64,000 nt of DNA from Actinomycetota bacterium (GCA_036374435.1 DASUTU010000123.1:1241-65240); one strand, 5' to 3'. Counted from the stretch's first letter, positions 37,224 through 46,941 are shown. Notes: generated by a model from the sequence alone, not told the origin. Program-made: numbers and translations.

Positions 37224-38432
37224 ATGGCCGACCCCCAAGACCAACCAGAGATGTCCGACGACGCCACCCAGCCCGGGGACCCCGTCACCACCGTGACCAG
37301 TACGGCGGCCGGAGCTGGCGCCGGTTCGACCACGGCGTCGGTTGGAGCCGAACGCGGTCGCGACTGGGCGGCCGTGGCACTCAAGCTGGCGTTCCTCGCC
37401 GTCGCGCTGTTCTTGTTCGTGCTGGCCATCCAGCTGATGAAAGAGGGCGCAAAGGCGATCGGCCCCACGCTCAGCGGGAGTCCCTTGTTCAGCAATGCGT
37501 TCTCCACGCTCGGGGCCGGGTGGCTCGGTGCCTACGTGGTGCTGTCGGGATCCCCGGTGGCGGCCGTGGCGTTGAGCCTGTTCGTGGGCGGCGCCGCCAC
37601 AGAGCTTCAGACGTTCACGATGTTGTCGGGCTCGAGGCTCGGAGCCTCGTTCGTGGTGCTGTTGGTCGGGTTCCTCTACGCGATCCGCAATCGAGGCCGA
37701 AACCGAAGTGAGTCGATCGGCATGGGAATCCTGGCGCTCGGGCTGACGGCGATCGTCTACGTCCCCGGCATGTTCCTGGGCTACGGGATCCTGAAGGCCG
37801 GGTGGCTGGACGGGGTCCGGCTGCAGGCTTCGGGGGAGTTCCAGTCCGTCGTCGATCGCATCTGGGGACCTGCTCTGGACGGATTGACCCGTCTCCCCGA
37901 CTGGGCCCTCCTGCCGGTGGGCCTCGCGATCGTCCTGCTGTCGTTCCGGCTGTTGGACCGCGTCTTGCCTCAGCTCGACGGCGAACGCCACGGCGGCAAA
38001 CGCCTCGAGTGGTTGACTCGCCCGTGGCCGATGTTCCTTCTCGGCTGCGCCGTGGCGACCCTGACCCTCTCGGTCTCGGTCGCGCTCACCCTGCTGGTTC
38101 CCCTGGCCAGCCGCGGCTACATCAACCGCCGCCAGGCCATCCCGTACATCATGGGCGCGAACATCACGACGCTCGCCGACACGCTCGTCGCCGCCATGGT
38201 GCTCGGGAACGCGGTGGCGGTGCAGATCGTTCTGGCGCAGGCGATCGCGGTGTCGGTCGTGTCCCTCGCGCTGCTGGCGTTCGCCTACCGGCCGATGGTC
38301 ACGGCGATCCTTCGGATGGACGAATGGGTCATCGCCTCAAACCGGCGCCTGTGGCTGTTCGTCGCCGTGCTGTTCGTGATGCCGGCGATCTTCCTCACGT
38401 CCGGCATCTGGATCGGCCCGATCGCCGGCTGA
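37224..38432 (+). CDS. integral membrane protein with two internal repeats, Na/Pi-cotransporter (PNaS)-like fold; putative transporter
   Basis: About 10 TM helices. Two homologous halves each end in a PNaS-like motif (LSGSRLGASFVV / IMGANITTLADTLVAAM). Divergent from the sulfur cluster. Confidence 0.5.
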   Translation: MADPQDQPEMSDDATQPGDPVTTVTSTAAGAGAGSTTASVGAERGRDWAAVALKLAFLAVALFLFVLAIQLMKEGAKAIGPTLSGSPLFSNAFSTLGAGWLGAYVVLSGSPVAAVALSLFVGGAATELQTFTMLSGSRLGASFVVLLVGFLYAIRNRGRNRSESIGMGILALGLTAIVYVPGMFLGYGILKAGWLDGVRLQASGEFQSVVDRIWGPALDGLTRLPDWALLPVGLAIVLLSFRLLDRVLPQLDGERHGGKRLEWLTRPWPMFLLGCAVATLTLSVSVALTLLVPLASRGYINRRQAIPYIMGANITTLADTLVAAMVLGNAVAVQIVLAQAIAVSVVSLALLAFAYRPMVTAILRMDEWVIASNRRLWLFVAVLFVMPAIFLTSGIWIGPIAG

Positions 38433-38445
38433 CCGGGACGCCCGC

Positions 38446-39388
38446 TCAGGCGGGACAGTCCGAGCGTCCGCTGCTCGGCGAGAGCATGCACGCCGAGACG
38501 TCCACGGCCTCGAACACGTCCGCGGGAACGGACTTGAGCTGGTCCAGCAGGCGGTTGCGCCAGTGTCGGCCGCGGGTCCCCTGGAAGTACCAGTCCGACC
38601 CCTTGTCGGCCACCATCATCCCGAACCGCTTCATGGCGCGCAGGATCACCCGAGCCTTGGGGCTGAACCCGGACAGGTCGACGTCCGACCGCAGCCGGAA
38701 CCGAGCCCCCCCGGCGGGCAGTCCGAGTCGGCCGCCGGCCTCGTGGCGGGCCGGCCAGACGTACGCGTCGGTGGTGCAGGAGGCCGTGAACCGGAGGGCG
38801 TGGTCGATCCGGCCCGACTTCACCTCGTCCCAGCGGACCAAGCCGGCGAAGATGGGCAACCCTGCCGCGTCCGCCGAGGTCCAGCCGTCGGGGGCGAAGC
38901 CGATTGCGGTCGAGGTCCCAGATGGCCCCGCTCCCGGCCGACGGGTCACCGTCGTTCCACTCGGCCGCAAACAGCTCGTAGAGGCGGCACGTGCCGCGTT
39001 CGACCATGAGGGCATGGCGGTCCGACCCACCTTCGACGGGCGTTCGCGCATCGAACGGATACGGGCCGCGGTTGCTCTCGTCCTCGTAGAGGAACTCGAT
39101 GGCCACTTTGGGGTGCATTCGCGCCACCGTCTCGAACGGCAGCCCGTAGGCCGGCGGGCCGAAGTCCGGGTGCAGGTTCCTCGACGAGGCATTCATCGCG
39201 TCCAGCCACGTCCCGCTCATCTCGTGGACGGGGAGGCGGTCGATCCTCGTGTTCCAGATGTTGGTTGCGGGGAACACGCGAGATCGCGTGCCGGGGACCT
39301 CGGCCGCCGACGCCGGCGCGAGCGAGCCGGCCGCGAGGGACGCCGCCACGAGAGCTGCGGCCGCTCGACGCCGGGACCGACCGATCAC
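38446..39388 (-). pseudogene. secreted hypothetical protein with an apparent frameshift near 38880 (authentic pseudogene or sequencing error)
   Basis: Signal peptide MIGRSRRRAAAALVAASLAAGSLAPASAAE, then a coherent protein through ...GSGAIWDLDRN in one frame. The coherent sequence continues in the adjacent frame (IGFAPDGWTSADAAGLPIFAGLVRWDEV...) down to the stop at 38446. The continuation of the first frame is Arg/Gly-rich nonsense. Confidence 0.45.
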
Positions 39389-39449
39389 GGCCGGAGCGTA
39401 CCGCGGTGGATCCTGGGCGCGGTCCCCAGGATCGGGGCAACGTCTCGGC

Positions 39450-39524
39450 TGGAGCCGGCGGTCGGATTCGAACCGACGACCACCCGCTTACAAGGCGGGC
39501 GCTCTGCCCCTGAGCTACGCCGGC
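39450..39524 (-). tRNA. tRNA-Thr (anticodon UGU), CCA encoded
   Basis: Minus-strand sequence GCCGGCGTAGCTCAGGGGCAGAGCGCCCGCCTTGTAAGCGGGTGGTCGTCGGTTCGAATCCGACCGCCGGCTCCA. 7-bp acceptor stem, D-arm GCTC/GAGC, anticodon loop CTTGTAA, T-arm GTCGG-TTCGAAT-CCGAC. Confidence 0.9.
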
Positions 39525-39536
39525 GCTCGACCGAGT

Positions 39537-40283
39537 CTAGTGGCCGCCGCCGGGGCGATGCGGCAGCACGAACGCGTAGAGCAGGGCCGCCAGGGCCGCC
39601 GAGGCGTTGAGCGAGCCGACGCGCCCTCGCATCGGCAAGGCGACGAGCAGGTCGCACGTTCGCCTGGTCAGGCGCGACAACCCCTGCCCCTCCGAGCCGA
39701 CCACGACGGCGACGCGGCCGTCGGGGGGTTCGGCCCCGAAGACGCCGACCGGCGACGTCTCGTCGAGCCCGATCACGACGAAGCCCGCCTCCTTCAGCCG
39801 TTCGAGCGCGCGGGGCACGTTGGCCACGCGAGCCACGGGCAGGTGCAGCAACGCGCCGGCCGAAGCCCGGATGGCCGCGGCGGTGACGGCGGCGGCGCGG
39901 TGGGTTCGAAGGACCAGGAGCGTCGCGCCGGCGGCCTCCGCGGACCGCGCCGCCGCTCCCAGGTTCTGGGGGTCCTCGATCCCGTCGAGCACGACGACGA
40001 GGTCCTGCGGGCCGTACTCCCTCGTGGCGAGCTCCCGCTCTCCGACGGGCTCCCGCATCCGGGCCCGAGCCGCGACACCGTGGTGGTCTCGGGCCAGGGC
40101 GTCGAGCTCGGACCGGTCCACCTCTCGGGCGGTCACGCCGGCTCGCCGGGACGCCTGGAGCACGTCCCGGAGCGCCGCGGTGGAGCGAGCGCCGCGCGCC
40201 ACCAGCACCTCGGTCGCCAGACCGGCCCGGACGGCCTCGAGCACGGCCCGGCGCCCGGCCACAACCAGCGACGACCGGGTCAT
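39537..40283 (-). CDS. rlmB: 23S rRNA (guanosine-2'-O-)-methyltransferase RlmB (SpoU/TrmH family)
   Basis: ATG at 40283 overlaps the ispF stop. SpoU motifs VVVLDGIEDPQNLGAAARSAEAAGA and VVGSEGQGLS...SLNASAALAALL. Confidence 0.85.
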   Translation of the reverse strand: MTRSSLVVAGRRAVLEAVRAGLATEVLVARGARSTAALRDVLQASRRAGVTAREVDRSELDALARDHHGVAARARMREPVGERELATREYGPQDLVVVLDGIEDPQNLGAAARSAEAAGATLLVLRTHRAAAVTAAAIRASAGALLHLPVARVANVPRALERLKEAGFVVIGLDETSPVGVFGAEPPDGRVAVVVGSEGQGLSRLTRRTCDLLVALPMRGRVGSLNASAALAALLYAFVLPHRPGGGH

Positions 40284-40756
40284 CCCGCTCGGACGGTCAC
40301 GAGCGCGAGGCACCCCACGCCGTCGCCGGACAACCCGAGCCCCTCCGGCCGCGTGGCCTTCACCGACACGCGCTCGATCGGTACCCCGAGCGTCGCGGCG
40401 AGGGTCTCGCGCATCCGGTCCCTTGCCGGCGCGATCGCCGGCCGGTCCGCGATCACCGTCACGTCCGCGCCTTCCGGGACGAACCCGGCCTCGCGCACCC
40501 GCCGGACCACGCCGGAGAGCAGCTCCGGACCGGCGATCCCCTTCACTGCTGCGTCGTCGTCGGGGAAGTGGTCGCCGAGATCGCCGAGCGCGGCCGCCCC
40601 GAGCAGCCCGTCGGCCACCGCGTGGCAGACGGCGTCCCCGTCGGAGTAGCCGGCCAACCCCTCCTCGCCGTCGAACGCCACCCCGCCGAGCCGCAGTGGG
40701 CGCCCCCGGGCTCGGGGATGGACGTCGAACCCGAGACCGGTTCGGAGCTCAGCCAC
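40280..40756 (-). CDS. ispF: 2-C-methyl-D-erythritol 2,4-cyclodiphosphate synthase
   Basis: LRTGLGFDVHP...GYSDGDAVCHAVADGLLGAAALGDLGDHFP... is the IspF signature. Confidence 0.93.
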   Translation of the reverse strand: MAELRTGLGFDVHPRARGRPLRLGGVAFDGEEGLAGYSDGDAVCHAVADGLLGAAALGDLGDHFPDDDAAVKGIAGPELLSGVVRRVREAGFVPEGADVTVIADRPAIAPARDRMRETLAATLGVPIERVSVKATRPEGLGLSGDGVGCLALVTVRAG

Positions 40757-41432
40757 GGGCGACCTCCGCGACGACGGCCTCGGCCCGGGCCAGGTCCTCC
40801 GCGGTCGTGATCTTGAACGCCCGCCGGTCGCCGGCCACGGCGCGGACCCGGTACCCGGCCGCCTCGAGGGCGGAGGCGTCGTCGGTGACCTCCAGGCCGT
40901 CGCGTTCGGCCCGCGCGTGGGCCTCGCGCAGCGCCGCGGCCACGAACGCCTGGGGCGTCTGCGCCAGCGCGAGCTCTGCGCGCGGCTCCGTGCGTTCGAC
41001 CACCTCCCCCCGCACCCGCTTCACGGTGTCGGTGACGGGCAGGATCGGTACCACGCCGTCCCACCCCTCCAGCGATCCCACGACCGCGTCGAACAGCTCG
41101 GCCGGCGCGAGCGCCCGCGCGGCGTCGTGACAGAGGATCACCGGCGCGTCTCTGGGAACTGCCGCAAGGGCGGCCCGAACCGATGCCTGCCGGGTCTCGC
41201 CGCCCCTGACGACCGCATGGGCGCCCAACGCCTCGACCACCGCGTGGGCTGGGTCCTCCCAGCCATCGGGCGCGGCCACGACGACCAACGAGATGCCCCG
41301 GGCCGCGCAGGCGGCAACGGCGGCGTGGGCGAGCAGGGGACGGCCCGCCAGCGGCGCGAACGCCTTGGGAGTCTCGCCGCCGAACCGGTCCCCGCGCCCG
41401 GCGGCCAGCAGGATCACCACGGCGCCCTCCAC
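40749..41432 (-). CDS. ispD: 2-C-methyl-D-erythritol 4-phosphate cytidylyltransferase
   Basis: VVILLAAGRGDRFGGETPKAF...VLCHDAARA... The 8-nt overlap with ispF indicates an operon. Confidence 0.9.
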   Translation of the reverse strand: MEGAVVILLAAGRGDRFGGETPKAFAPLAGRPLLAHAAVAACAARGISLVVVAAPDGWEDPAHAVVEALGAHAVVRGGETRQASVRAALAAVPRDAPVILCHDAARALAPAELFDAVVGSLEGWDGVVPILPVTDTVKRVRGEVVERTEPRAELALAQTPQAFVAAALREAHARAERDGLEVTDDASALEAAGYRVRAVAGDRRAFKITTAEDLARAEAVVAEVARG

Positions 41433-41475
41433 GTCGCCGAGCCTAGCCGCTCGCGCGCCGGCGCGGCCGAGGACG

Positions 41476-42573
41476 TTACTGGAGGTTGGCGAACACCATC
41501 CGGCCGGTGGCGGTCTTGATCACGTTGCGAACGAGGATCCCGACCTCGCGTCCGATGTCGTCGTGAGCGGACTCCACCACGACCATCGTGCCGTCTTCGA
41601 GATACCCGATCGCCTGCCCGTGGTCTCGCCCGGCCTTGACGAGCTCGACCCGCAGCACATCACCGGGTGCCACCGGCACCCGGAACGCCTCGGCGAGCGC
41701 GTTCAGGCTCGGGGAGGGCACGGAGAGCGCCTGGGCGATCTTCGCCAGGTTGTGGTCGGTCGTGATAAGCGAGGCGCCACGATCGCGGGCGAGCGCCACC
41801 AGCGCCGCATCCACGTCCGGAACGCCGTCTTCCTCGACCAGATGCACGTTCGCCGTCGCCGCCCGCTTCAGCTGGCCCAGCGCGTCCAGGCCGTGGCGGC
41901 CCCGGGTGCGCCGTTTGGGATCGGACGAGTCCGCAACGGCCTGGAGCTCCCGCAGGACCCCGGAATGGATCAGCAGGTCGCCCGAGAGGAAGCCCGACAT
42001 CACCAGGTCGACGATCCGGCCGTCGATCAAGGCGCTCGTGTCGATCACGCTCACCTCGCCACGGGTCACGCCGGCGGCGCGCGGCTTGAGCCCGATGAGC
42101 CCGAACAGCTCGTCGGACTTGGTCCTGCCGACGCGGAACCCCACGTAGGCGAGCGTCACGTACATGAACGCCACGGTGGTCCAGGCGGTGAGTGGCGGAA
42201 GCCGGAAGATGGGGATCGATAGCAGCGCGGCGATGCCAAGCCCGGTGATGAGCCCGCCCATCCCGGAGACGACCTCGGCCGCGGGGACGCGGCGAAGGTC
42301 GGCCTCGAGCGTTCGCACCGCCGTCGCGGTCTGGCGCCCCAGGACACCGCCGAGCACGAACCCGGTGGCCGAGCCCAGGACCACGATCAGGATGGTCTGG
42401 ACCCGGTTCCCCGCGCTGACGCTGGTGCCGATCGTGTACCCGGCCACCGTGAACAGCAGGACGAAGATCAGGCGGACGAACTCGACCAGCCTGCCCCGGG
42501 GCAGGCGCTCCCGGTCATCCGCCACGCGGGCGCGAAGACGACCGGCCCTCCAGCGGGAACCGTGGACGAGCAT
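41476..42573 (-). CDS. PIN/TRAM domain-containing membrane protein (YacL-like)
   Basis: Four N-terminal TM helices, a PIN-like domain (VIDTSALIDGRIVDLV...) and a C-terminal TRAM-like barrel. This is the conserved actinobacterial neighbour of ispD/carD. Confidence 0.75.
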   Translation of the reverse strand: MLVHGSRWRAGRLRARVADDRERLPRGRLVEFVRLIFVLLFTVAGYTIGTSVSAGNRVQTILIVVLGSATGFVLGGVLGRQTATAVRTLEADLRRVPAAEVVSGMGGLITGLGIAALLSIPIFRLPPLTAWTTVAFMYVTLAYVGFRVGRTKSDELFGLIGLKPRAAGVTRGEVSVIDTSALIDGRIVDLVMSGFLSGDLLIHSGVLRELQAVADSSDPKRRTRGRHGLDALGQLKRAATANVHLVEEDGVPDVDAALVALARDRGASLITTDHNLAKIAQALSVPSPSLNALAEAFRVPVAPGDVLRVELVKAGRDHGQAIGYLEDGTMVVVESAHDDIGREVGILVRNVIKTATGRMVFANLQ

Positions 42574-42665
42574 GTCCTTGAATGCCTCGACCCGAAACCG
42601 TCGAGACTTGACCGAACGGACTACCCTTTTCGGCCCGCGAGGGACCGGATGGCCTCAGCCGTATC

Positions 42666-43175
42666 TTAGGCCTGAGCCATCACCCGGGCGCCGTGGGAGT
42701 CGTCCAGCACCTTGTCGATCATCGTCTCGGCCTTCTCCTCGTCCCCGCCCGTGGCGTACATGAGCTCGGAGACCAGGATCTGGCGAGCTTTAGTGATCAT
42801 CCGTTTCTCGCCGGCGGACAGGCCCCGCTCGCGCTCGCGGATCGAGAGGTTCCGGACGACCTCGGCGACCTGGTAGATATCGCCGGAGCGCAACTTCTCG
42901 ATGTTGTTCTTGAAGCGGCGGCTCCAGTTGGCGGCCATCTTGGACTCGTCCTCCTTGAGGACGTTCAGGACCTTCTTGACCTCGTTCTTGCTCACGACCG
43001 AACGCAGCCCGACCTCTTCGGTGCTGTCGACCGGGACCATGAGCGTGAGGTCGCCGTAGGAGACCCGAAGCTTGAAGTACTTGCGCTTCTCTCCCAGGAA
43101 CTCGCGGACGCAGAGTTCTTCGATCACTGCTGCGCCGTGCTCCGGGTGGACAACCGTGTCACCTTTGCGGAACAC
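42666..43175 (-). CDS. carD: CarD-family RNA-polymerase-binding transcription regulator
   Basis: GTG at 43175 after GAGGGGG. VFRKGDTVVHPEHGAAVIEELCVREFLGEKRKYFKLRV... followed by a C-terminal DNA-binding region. Confidence 0.9.
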   Translation of the reverse strand: MFRKGDTVVHPEHGAAVIEELCVREFLGEKRKYFKLRVSYGDLTLMVPVDSTEEVGLRSVVSKNEVKKVLNVLKEDESKMAANWSRRFKNNIEKLRSGDIYQVAEVVRNLSIRERERGLSAGEKRMITKARQILVSELMYATGGDEEKAETMIDKVLDDSHGARVMAQA

Positions 43176-43336
43176 AAGACCCCCTCGGATCGGTGGATGG
43201 CGAAGCTGAGCCGTGCGCCCAGCGTAACACGGCCGGCGTTTGTACCGCAAATCAAAACCCCTGGTCAGAGGGCCTTTTCCGTCGATCTTCGTCGCTTCTC
43301 CGATGCCGTTCGACCACCTCCGGTGGGCCCCGAGAC

Positions 43337-44690
43337 CTAGGCCGGCCGGTCCACGGATCGCCCGCGCCGGCCCGCCCCGGCCGCAGCCGCCCAGGTCAGG
43401 GCATCTTTCACGTGCCGCACCGGGACGAGCCGGACGTCCGGGGACGTCTCGCCGTCCGGGGGTCCGAACACGGTTCGGATCCCGGCACTTCGAGCCGCCG
43501 CGACCCGCGACCCCATCGACGGAGCGGGACGCACCATCCCCGTGAGGCCGATCTCTCCGACGAACGCGCACGAGGGCGGCGCCGGTGCCCCCGTGGCCGC
43601 GGAGGCGAGCGCCGCCGCCACCGCCAGGTCGCAGGCCGGATCGTCCACCCGAACCCCGCCGGCGGAGGCGCCGAACAGGTCCGAGCGCCCCACGCGCCAC
43701 CCGGCGCGATCCAGAACGGCGGCCACGAGCTGGAACCGGCGCGGGTCCAGTCCCGTGACCTGCCGCCGTGGCGGCGATTCCGTGGGCGCCACCAGACCCT
43801 GGACCTCGACCGCAAGGGCTCGCCGGCCGGCGCGAGGCAGGGCCACGGCCGCCCCCGCCTCCCCTTCGCCGGGAAGCAGCAACGTCCCGGGGTCGATCTC
43901 CCGCAGCCCGTTCCCGCCCATCTCGAACCACGCCACCTCCCCGTCGGGACCGAACCGGTTCTTCGCGCCCGAGAGCACGCGCAGGCCCGACCGCGGATCG
44001 CCGTCGAAGGTCAAGACGACGTCCACCGCGTGTTCGAGCGTGCGGGGCCCCGCCACGTCCCCGTCTTTGGTGACGTGGCCCGTCAGCAGCACCGCGATAC
44101 CGTCGGACTTGGCCAGCCCGACCAACGCGTCCGCACAGGCGCGCACCTGAGCGGGCCCGCCGGGCACCTGGGTCCCGGCGGGGTCCCGCAGCGTCTGGAC
44201 CGAGTCCACTGCGAGCAGGAACGGCCGGGCGGACCCGGCGGCATCCAGCACGGCCGGCAGCTCTCGTCCCGGGACGAACGAGATCCTCGAGCCGTCGATG
44301 CCCAGGCGGGTGGCCCGGGCGGCCACCTGCTGCCGCGACTCCTCGCCCGAGGCCAGCAGGCAGGAGAGCCCGGCGCTCGACATCGCGTCCACCAGTTGGA
44401 GGAGAAGGGTGGACTTGCCGATGCCGGGCTCGCCGGCCAGGAGGGCGACCGCAGCCGGCACCAAACCTCCGCCGAGCACCCGATCGACTCCCGCGATCCC
44501 GGTCGAGACCCGGCGGTCGTCCCCGGGCTCGGCGACAAGCGGGTGGACGTCGAGCGGAGCGGACGCCGTGCCACCGAAGGTCCGCTCCTCGATCGTTCCC
44601 CAGGCCCGGCAGCCGGGGCACCGTCCCACCCACTGCGCGAGCTGCTGCCCGCAGTCGCGACACGCGAGGACGTTTCGCCTTCTATCCGTC
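43337..44690 (-). CDS. radA: DNA repair protein RadA/Sms; start codon unresolved
   Basis: Zinc finger CRDCGQQLAQWVGRCPGC, Walker A GEPGIGKST, KNRFG motif and a Lon-like C-domain. No ATG/GTG/TTG lies in frame between the zinc finger and the upstream 15-bp tandem repeats. The open frame continues to 44929. Confidence 0.85.
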
Positions 44691-44745
44691 CGCGTCTTGA
44701 TCCCTCCGCGTCTTGATCCCTCGCGTCTTGATCCCTCGCGTCTTG
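44691..44745. repeat. tandem direct repeat, about 3.6 copies of a 15/16-bp unit CGCGTCTTGATCCCT
   Basis: Seen directly: cgcgtcttgatccctc / cgcgtcttgatccct / cgcgtcttgatccct / cgcgtcttg. It lies over the 5' end or leader of radA. Confidence 0.9.
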
Positions 44746-44976
44746 CCCATGCGGTGGACCCTACCCTGCGGCTCTGACAGCCCCGGGTCGGAGCGGTACA
44801 CTCGGCACGCACGTCGGTCGAACGCTCGAAAGGAGGGATGGCCACATGGCAGCCACCGCCGTCGTCGTGATGCCGCATCCCTCGGGGAGCGTGCGCTAGC
44901 CGACCCGTCCCGGGTCCAGGACCGACCACGCCGCCCCGCGGGGCGGCGTTTCTCTTTGTGCGACGTCGGCGCCACG

Positions 44977-45810
44977 ATGGACCGCCGACGAGTCGGCAGC
45001 GTAAGCGCTCACCCCAACGACCGAAAGGAACCTCCGTTGAACCCAGAGCAGAACGAACGGGACGGCCCCGTGCAGTTCTTCGTCGACGAGGGGCTGATCA
45101 CGGACGTCGTCCGGATCATCAAGACCGGCAAGGAGGCATCCGTCTACCTGTGCCGGGCCAATCCGTCCACCGGCGAGGACCTGCTCGCCCTGAAGGTCTA
45201 TCACCCGCTCGACCGCCGGGACTTCCGAGACGAATGGCTGTATCGAGACGGCGAATACATCAAGGAGCGCCGCGTCCGGGTGGCGCTCGAGAAGCGGACC
45301 CGGTTCGGCCGGGAGGTCCAGGGCGCCCTGTGGGTGGTCCGCGAGTGGGAGACCCTCGGGGCCCTCGCCGACGCGGGGGCGCCGGTGCCCCGGCCCCTGG
45401 ACGCGACCGAGGAGGCCATCCTCATGACCTACATCGGCGACGAGGAGCACGCCGCGCCGCAGCTTCGGGCGTACCGCCCCTCGCCGGAGGAGGCCGAGGA
45501 CCTGTTCGCGCAGGTCGTCCGCGCGATCGAGCACATGCTGTACCGCAACGTGATCCACGGCGACCTCTCGGCGTTCAACGTCCTGGTGTGGGAGGGGCGG
45601 GCCATCGTCATCGACCTTCCGCAGGCCGTGGACCCCAGGAAGAACCGGCACGCGCCGACGCTGCTCGAGCGCGACGTGGTCCGGATCGCGGAGCACTTCG
45701 GCAGGTACGGAGTTCGCTCCTCGCCACAACGCATCGCGAAGGACCTGTGGACGGCGTGGCAGTTCGCCGACCTCGTCCCGGAGGACCTGCGGGTGGGGAT
45801 CGAGATCTGA
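44977..45810 (+). CDS. RIO-type serine/threonine protein kinase (RIO1 family)
   Basis: ...KTGKEASVYLC...LKVY...VIHGDLSAFNVLVWEGRAIVIDLPQAV... The start is ATG 44977, or alternatively TTG 45037 after GAAAGGA. Confidence 0.8.
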   Translation: MDRRRVGSVSAHPNDRKEPPLNPEQNERDGPVQFFVDEGLITDVVRIIKTGKEASVYLCRANPSTGEDLLALKVYHPLDRRDFRDEWLYRDGEYIKERRVRVALEKRTRFGREVQGALWVVREWETLGALADAGAPVPRPLDATEEAILMTYIGDEEHAAPQLRAYRPSPEEAEDLFAQVVRAIEHMLYRNVIHGDLSAFNVLVWEGRAIVIDLPQAVDPRKNRHAPTLLERDVVRIAEHFGRYGVRSSPQRIAKDLWTAWQFADLVPEDLRVGIEI

Positions 45811-45813
45811 GGC

Positions 45814-46194
45814 TCAGCCCTCGCGCGCGCCGCGGAACTCGAGCACGTACCGCCAGCTCGAATCGTCCTCGGCGTGTTCGAAGTCCTGGAGCCGTCCGAT
45901 CTCGCCGCCCGGAAGGAGCATGGGGAGGCCGATGTGGCGACCGTTCGGCCAGAGGTCCTCACGCGCGCGTTCCTCCATCCGGACCAGCGTGACCGGGCGG
46001 TCCCCCGGGGTCTCGAGCGGCTCACACCACTCGGACTCTTCGACCGGCAGGAGCTGTCGAAACCGCACGAACCGCACCGGCGCATGGAGGAGAACGGGTT
46101 CGCCGGGCGACTTCCACGCCTTGCCGAAGAACCGCCAGCGTTCGCCGTCGCGCGAGGTCTCGACCGCCCAGCACTCCTCGTTGCCCAGCGACAT
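45814..46194 (-). CDS. hypothetical protein
   Basis: ATG at 46194. High GC3. Product MSLGNEECWAVETSRDGERWRFFGKAWKSPGEPVLLHAPVRFVRF... Confidence 0.45.
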   Translation of the reverse strand: MSLGNEECWAVETSRDGERWRFFGKAWKSPGEPVLLHAPVRFVRFRQLLPVEESEWCEPLETPGDRPVTLVRMEERAREDLWPNGRHIGLPMLLPGGEIGRLQDFEHAEDDSSWRYVLEFRGAREG

Positions 46195-46267
46195 GGAACA
46201 GACCCTATGCCCGATCCCCGACAAACGTGACCGCTCCGACACAACGGACCGGCAGCCGGATCGGACG

Positions 46268-46699
46268 TCAGGAGGCCAGCGGATCCTCGATCCTCAGCCC
46301 CGGGAACCGTGTGAAGTCTCGATCCGAGGTGCAGAGCGTCGCCCCGTGCTCGATCGCGAGCGCGGCGACATGGGCATCCATCAGGAGGGGTCCGCGGGCC
46401 TTCCCCGCTTGGGCGAGCTCTCCGATCACCTCGAAATGCCGGCGCGTGGGCTGGACGATGCCGACGTTCGGCCGAGCCAGCCAGCCGGAGGCGATTCCCA
46501 TCGCCTCGTCGGCCATCAGCGGGCGCTCGAAGACCCGAGCGTCAGTTCCAATACGCAGGAAGGCCAGCACCGAGACGAGCGCGAGGCCGACTTCATCCTC
46601 CGAACTGAGGGCCTCCTCCAACCAGTTGACCGCCCGATCGTGGATGGGCGACAAGCGGTCGTACGCGTACAGCAGGAGGTTGGCGTCGATGAGGATCAA
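46268..46699 (-). CDS. vapC: type II toxin VapC (PIN domain ribonuclease)
   Basis: MILIDANLLLYAY...D...TSDRDF. The ATGA overlap with the upstream antitoxin gene indicates coupling. Confidence 0.85.
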   Translation of the reverse strand: MILIDANLLLYAYDRLSPIHDRAVNWLEEALSSEDEVGLALVSVLAFLRIGTDARVFERPLMADEAMGIASGWLARPNVGIVQPTRRHFEVIGELAQAGKARGPLLMDAHVAALAIEHGATLCTSDRDFTRFPGLRIEDPLAS

Positions 46700-46941
46700 C
46701 GGCGCCGGGGACCCTCGAGACGGTCGAGGAGCCCTTCGATGTCATCCACGTCGAACCCGGGCTTGAGGCCCATCGGCCGTGCCTCGACCTTGAATGGAGG
46801 AGGCGCCTTCGAACGGCGACTCAGCCCGGTCCTGAGGGTCTCGTTGACGAGGGCCTTGAAGCTCTTGCCGGTGCGCCGGCTCTCCTCGAGCAACCGCTCG
46901 GCCACGTCGTCCTCGAGGGTGAGGGTCGTCCTGCGGCTCAC
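46696..46941 (-). CDS. vapB: type II antitoxin VapB-like
   Basis: 81 aa. MSRRTTLTLEDDVAERLLEESRRTGKSFKALVNETLRTGL... GTG start. Confidence 0.75.
   Translation of the reverse strand: MSRRTTLTLEDDVAERLLEESRRTGKSFKALVNETLRTGLSRRSKAPPPFKVEARPMGLKPGFDVDDIEGLLDRLEGPRRR

Noticed and set aside
39389-39536. Genomic island or integrase at tRNA-Thr
   Set aside because: No integrase, transposase, direct repeat of the tRNA 3' end or phage gene found on either side. Flanking genes are conserved housekeeping genes (rlmB, ispF).
44691-44745. CRISPR array
   Set aside because: Only about 3.6 contiguous 15-bp units with no spacers. This is a simple tandem repeat, not CRISPR.
44846-44899. 17-codon plus-strand uORF (MAATAVVVMPHPSGSVR) with GGAGGG RBS upstream of the RIO kinase gene
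   Set aside because: Too short and could be chance. It lies on the antisense of the extended radA frame. Noted only as a possible leader peptide.
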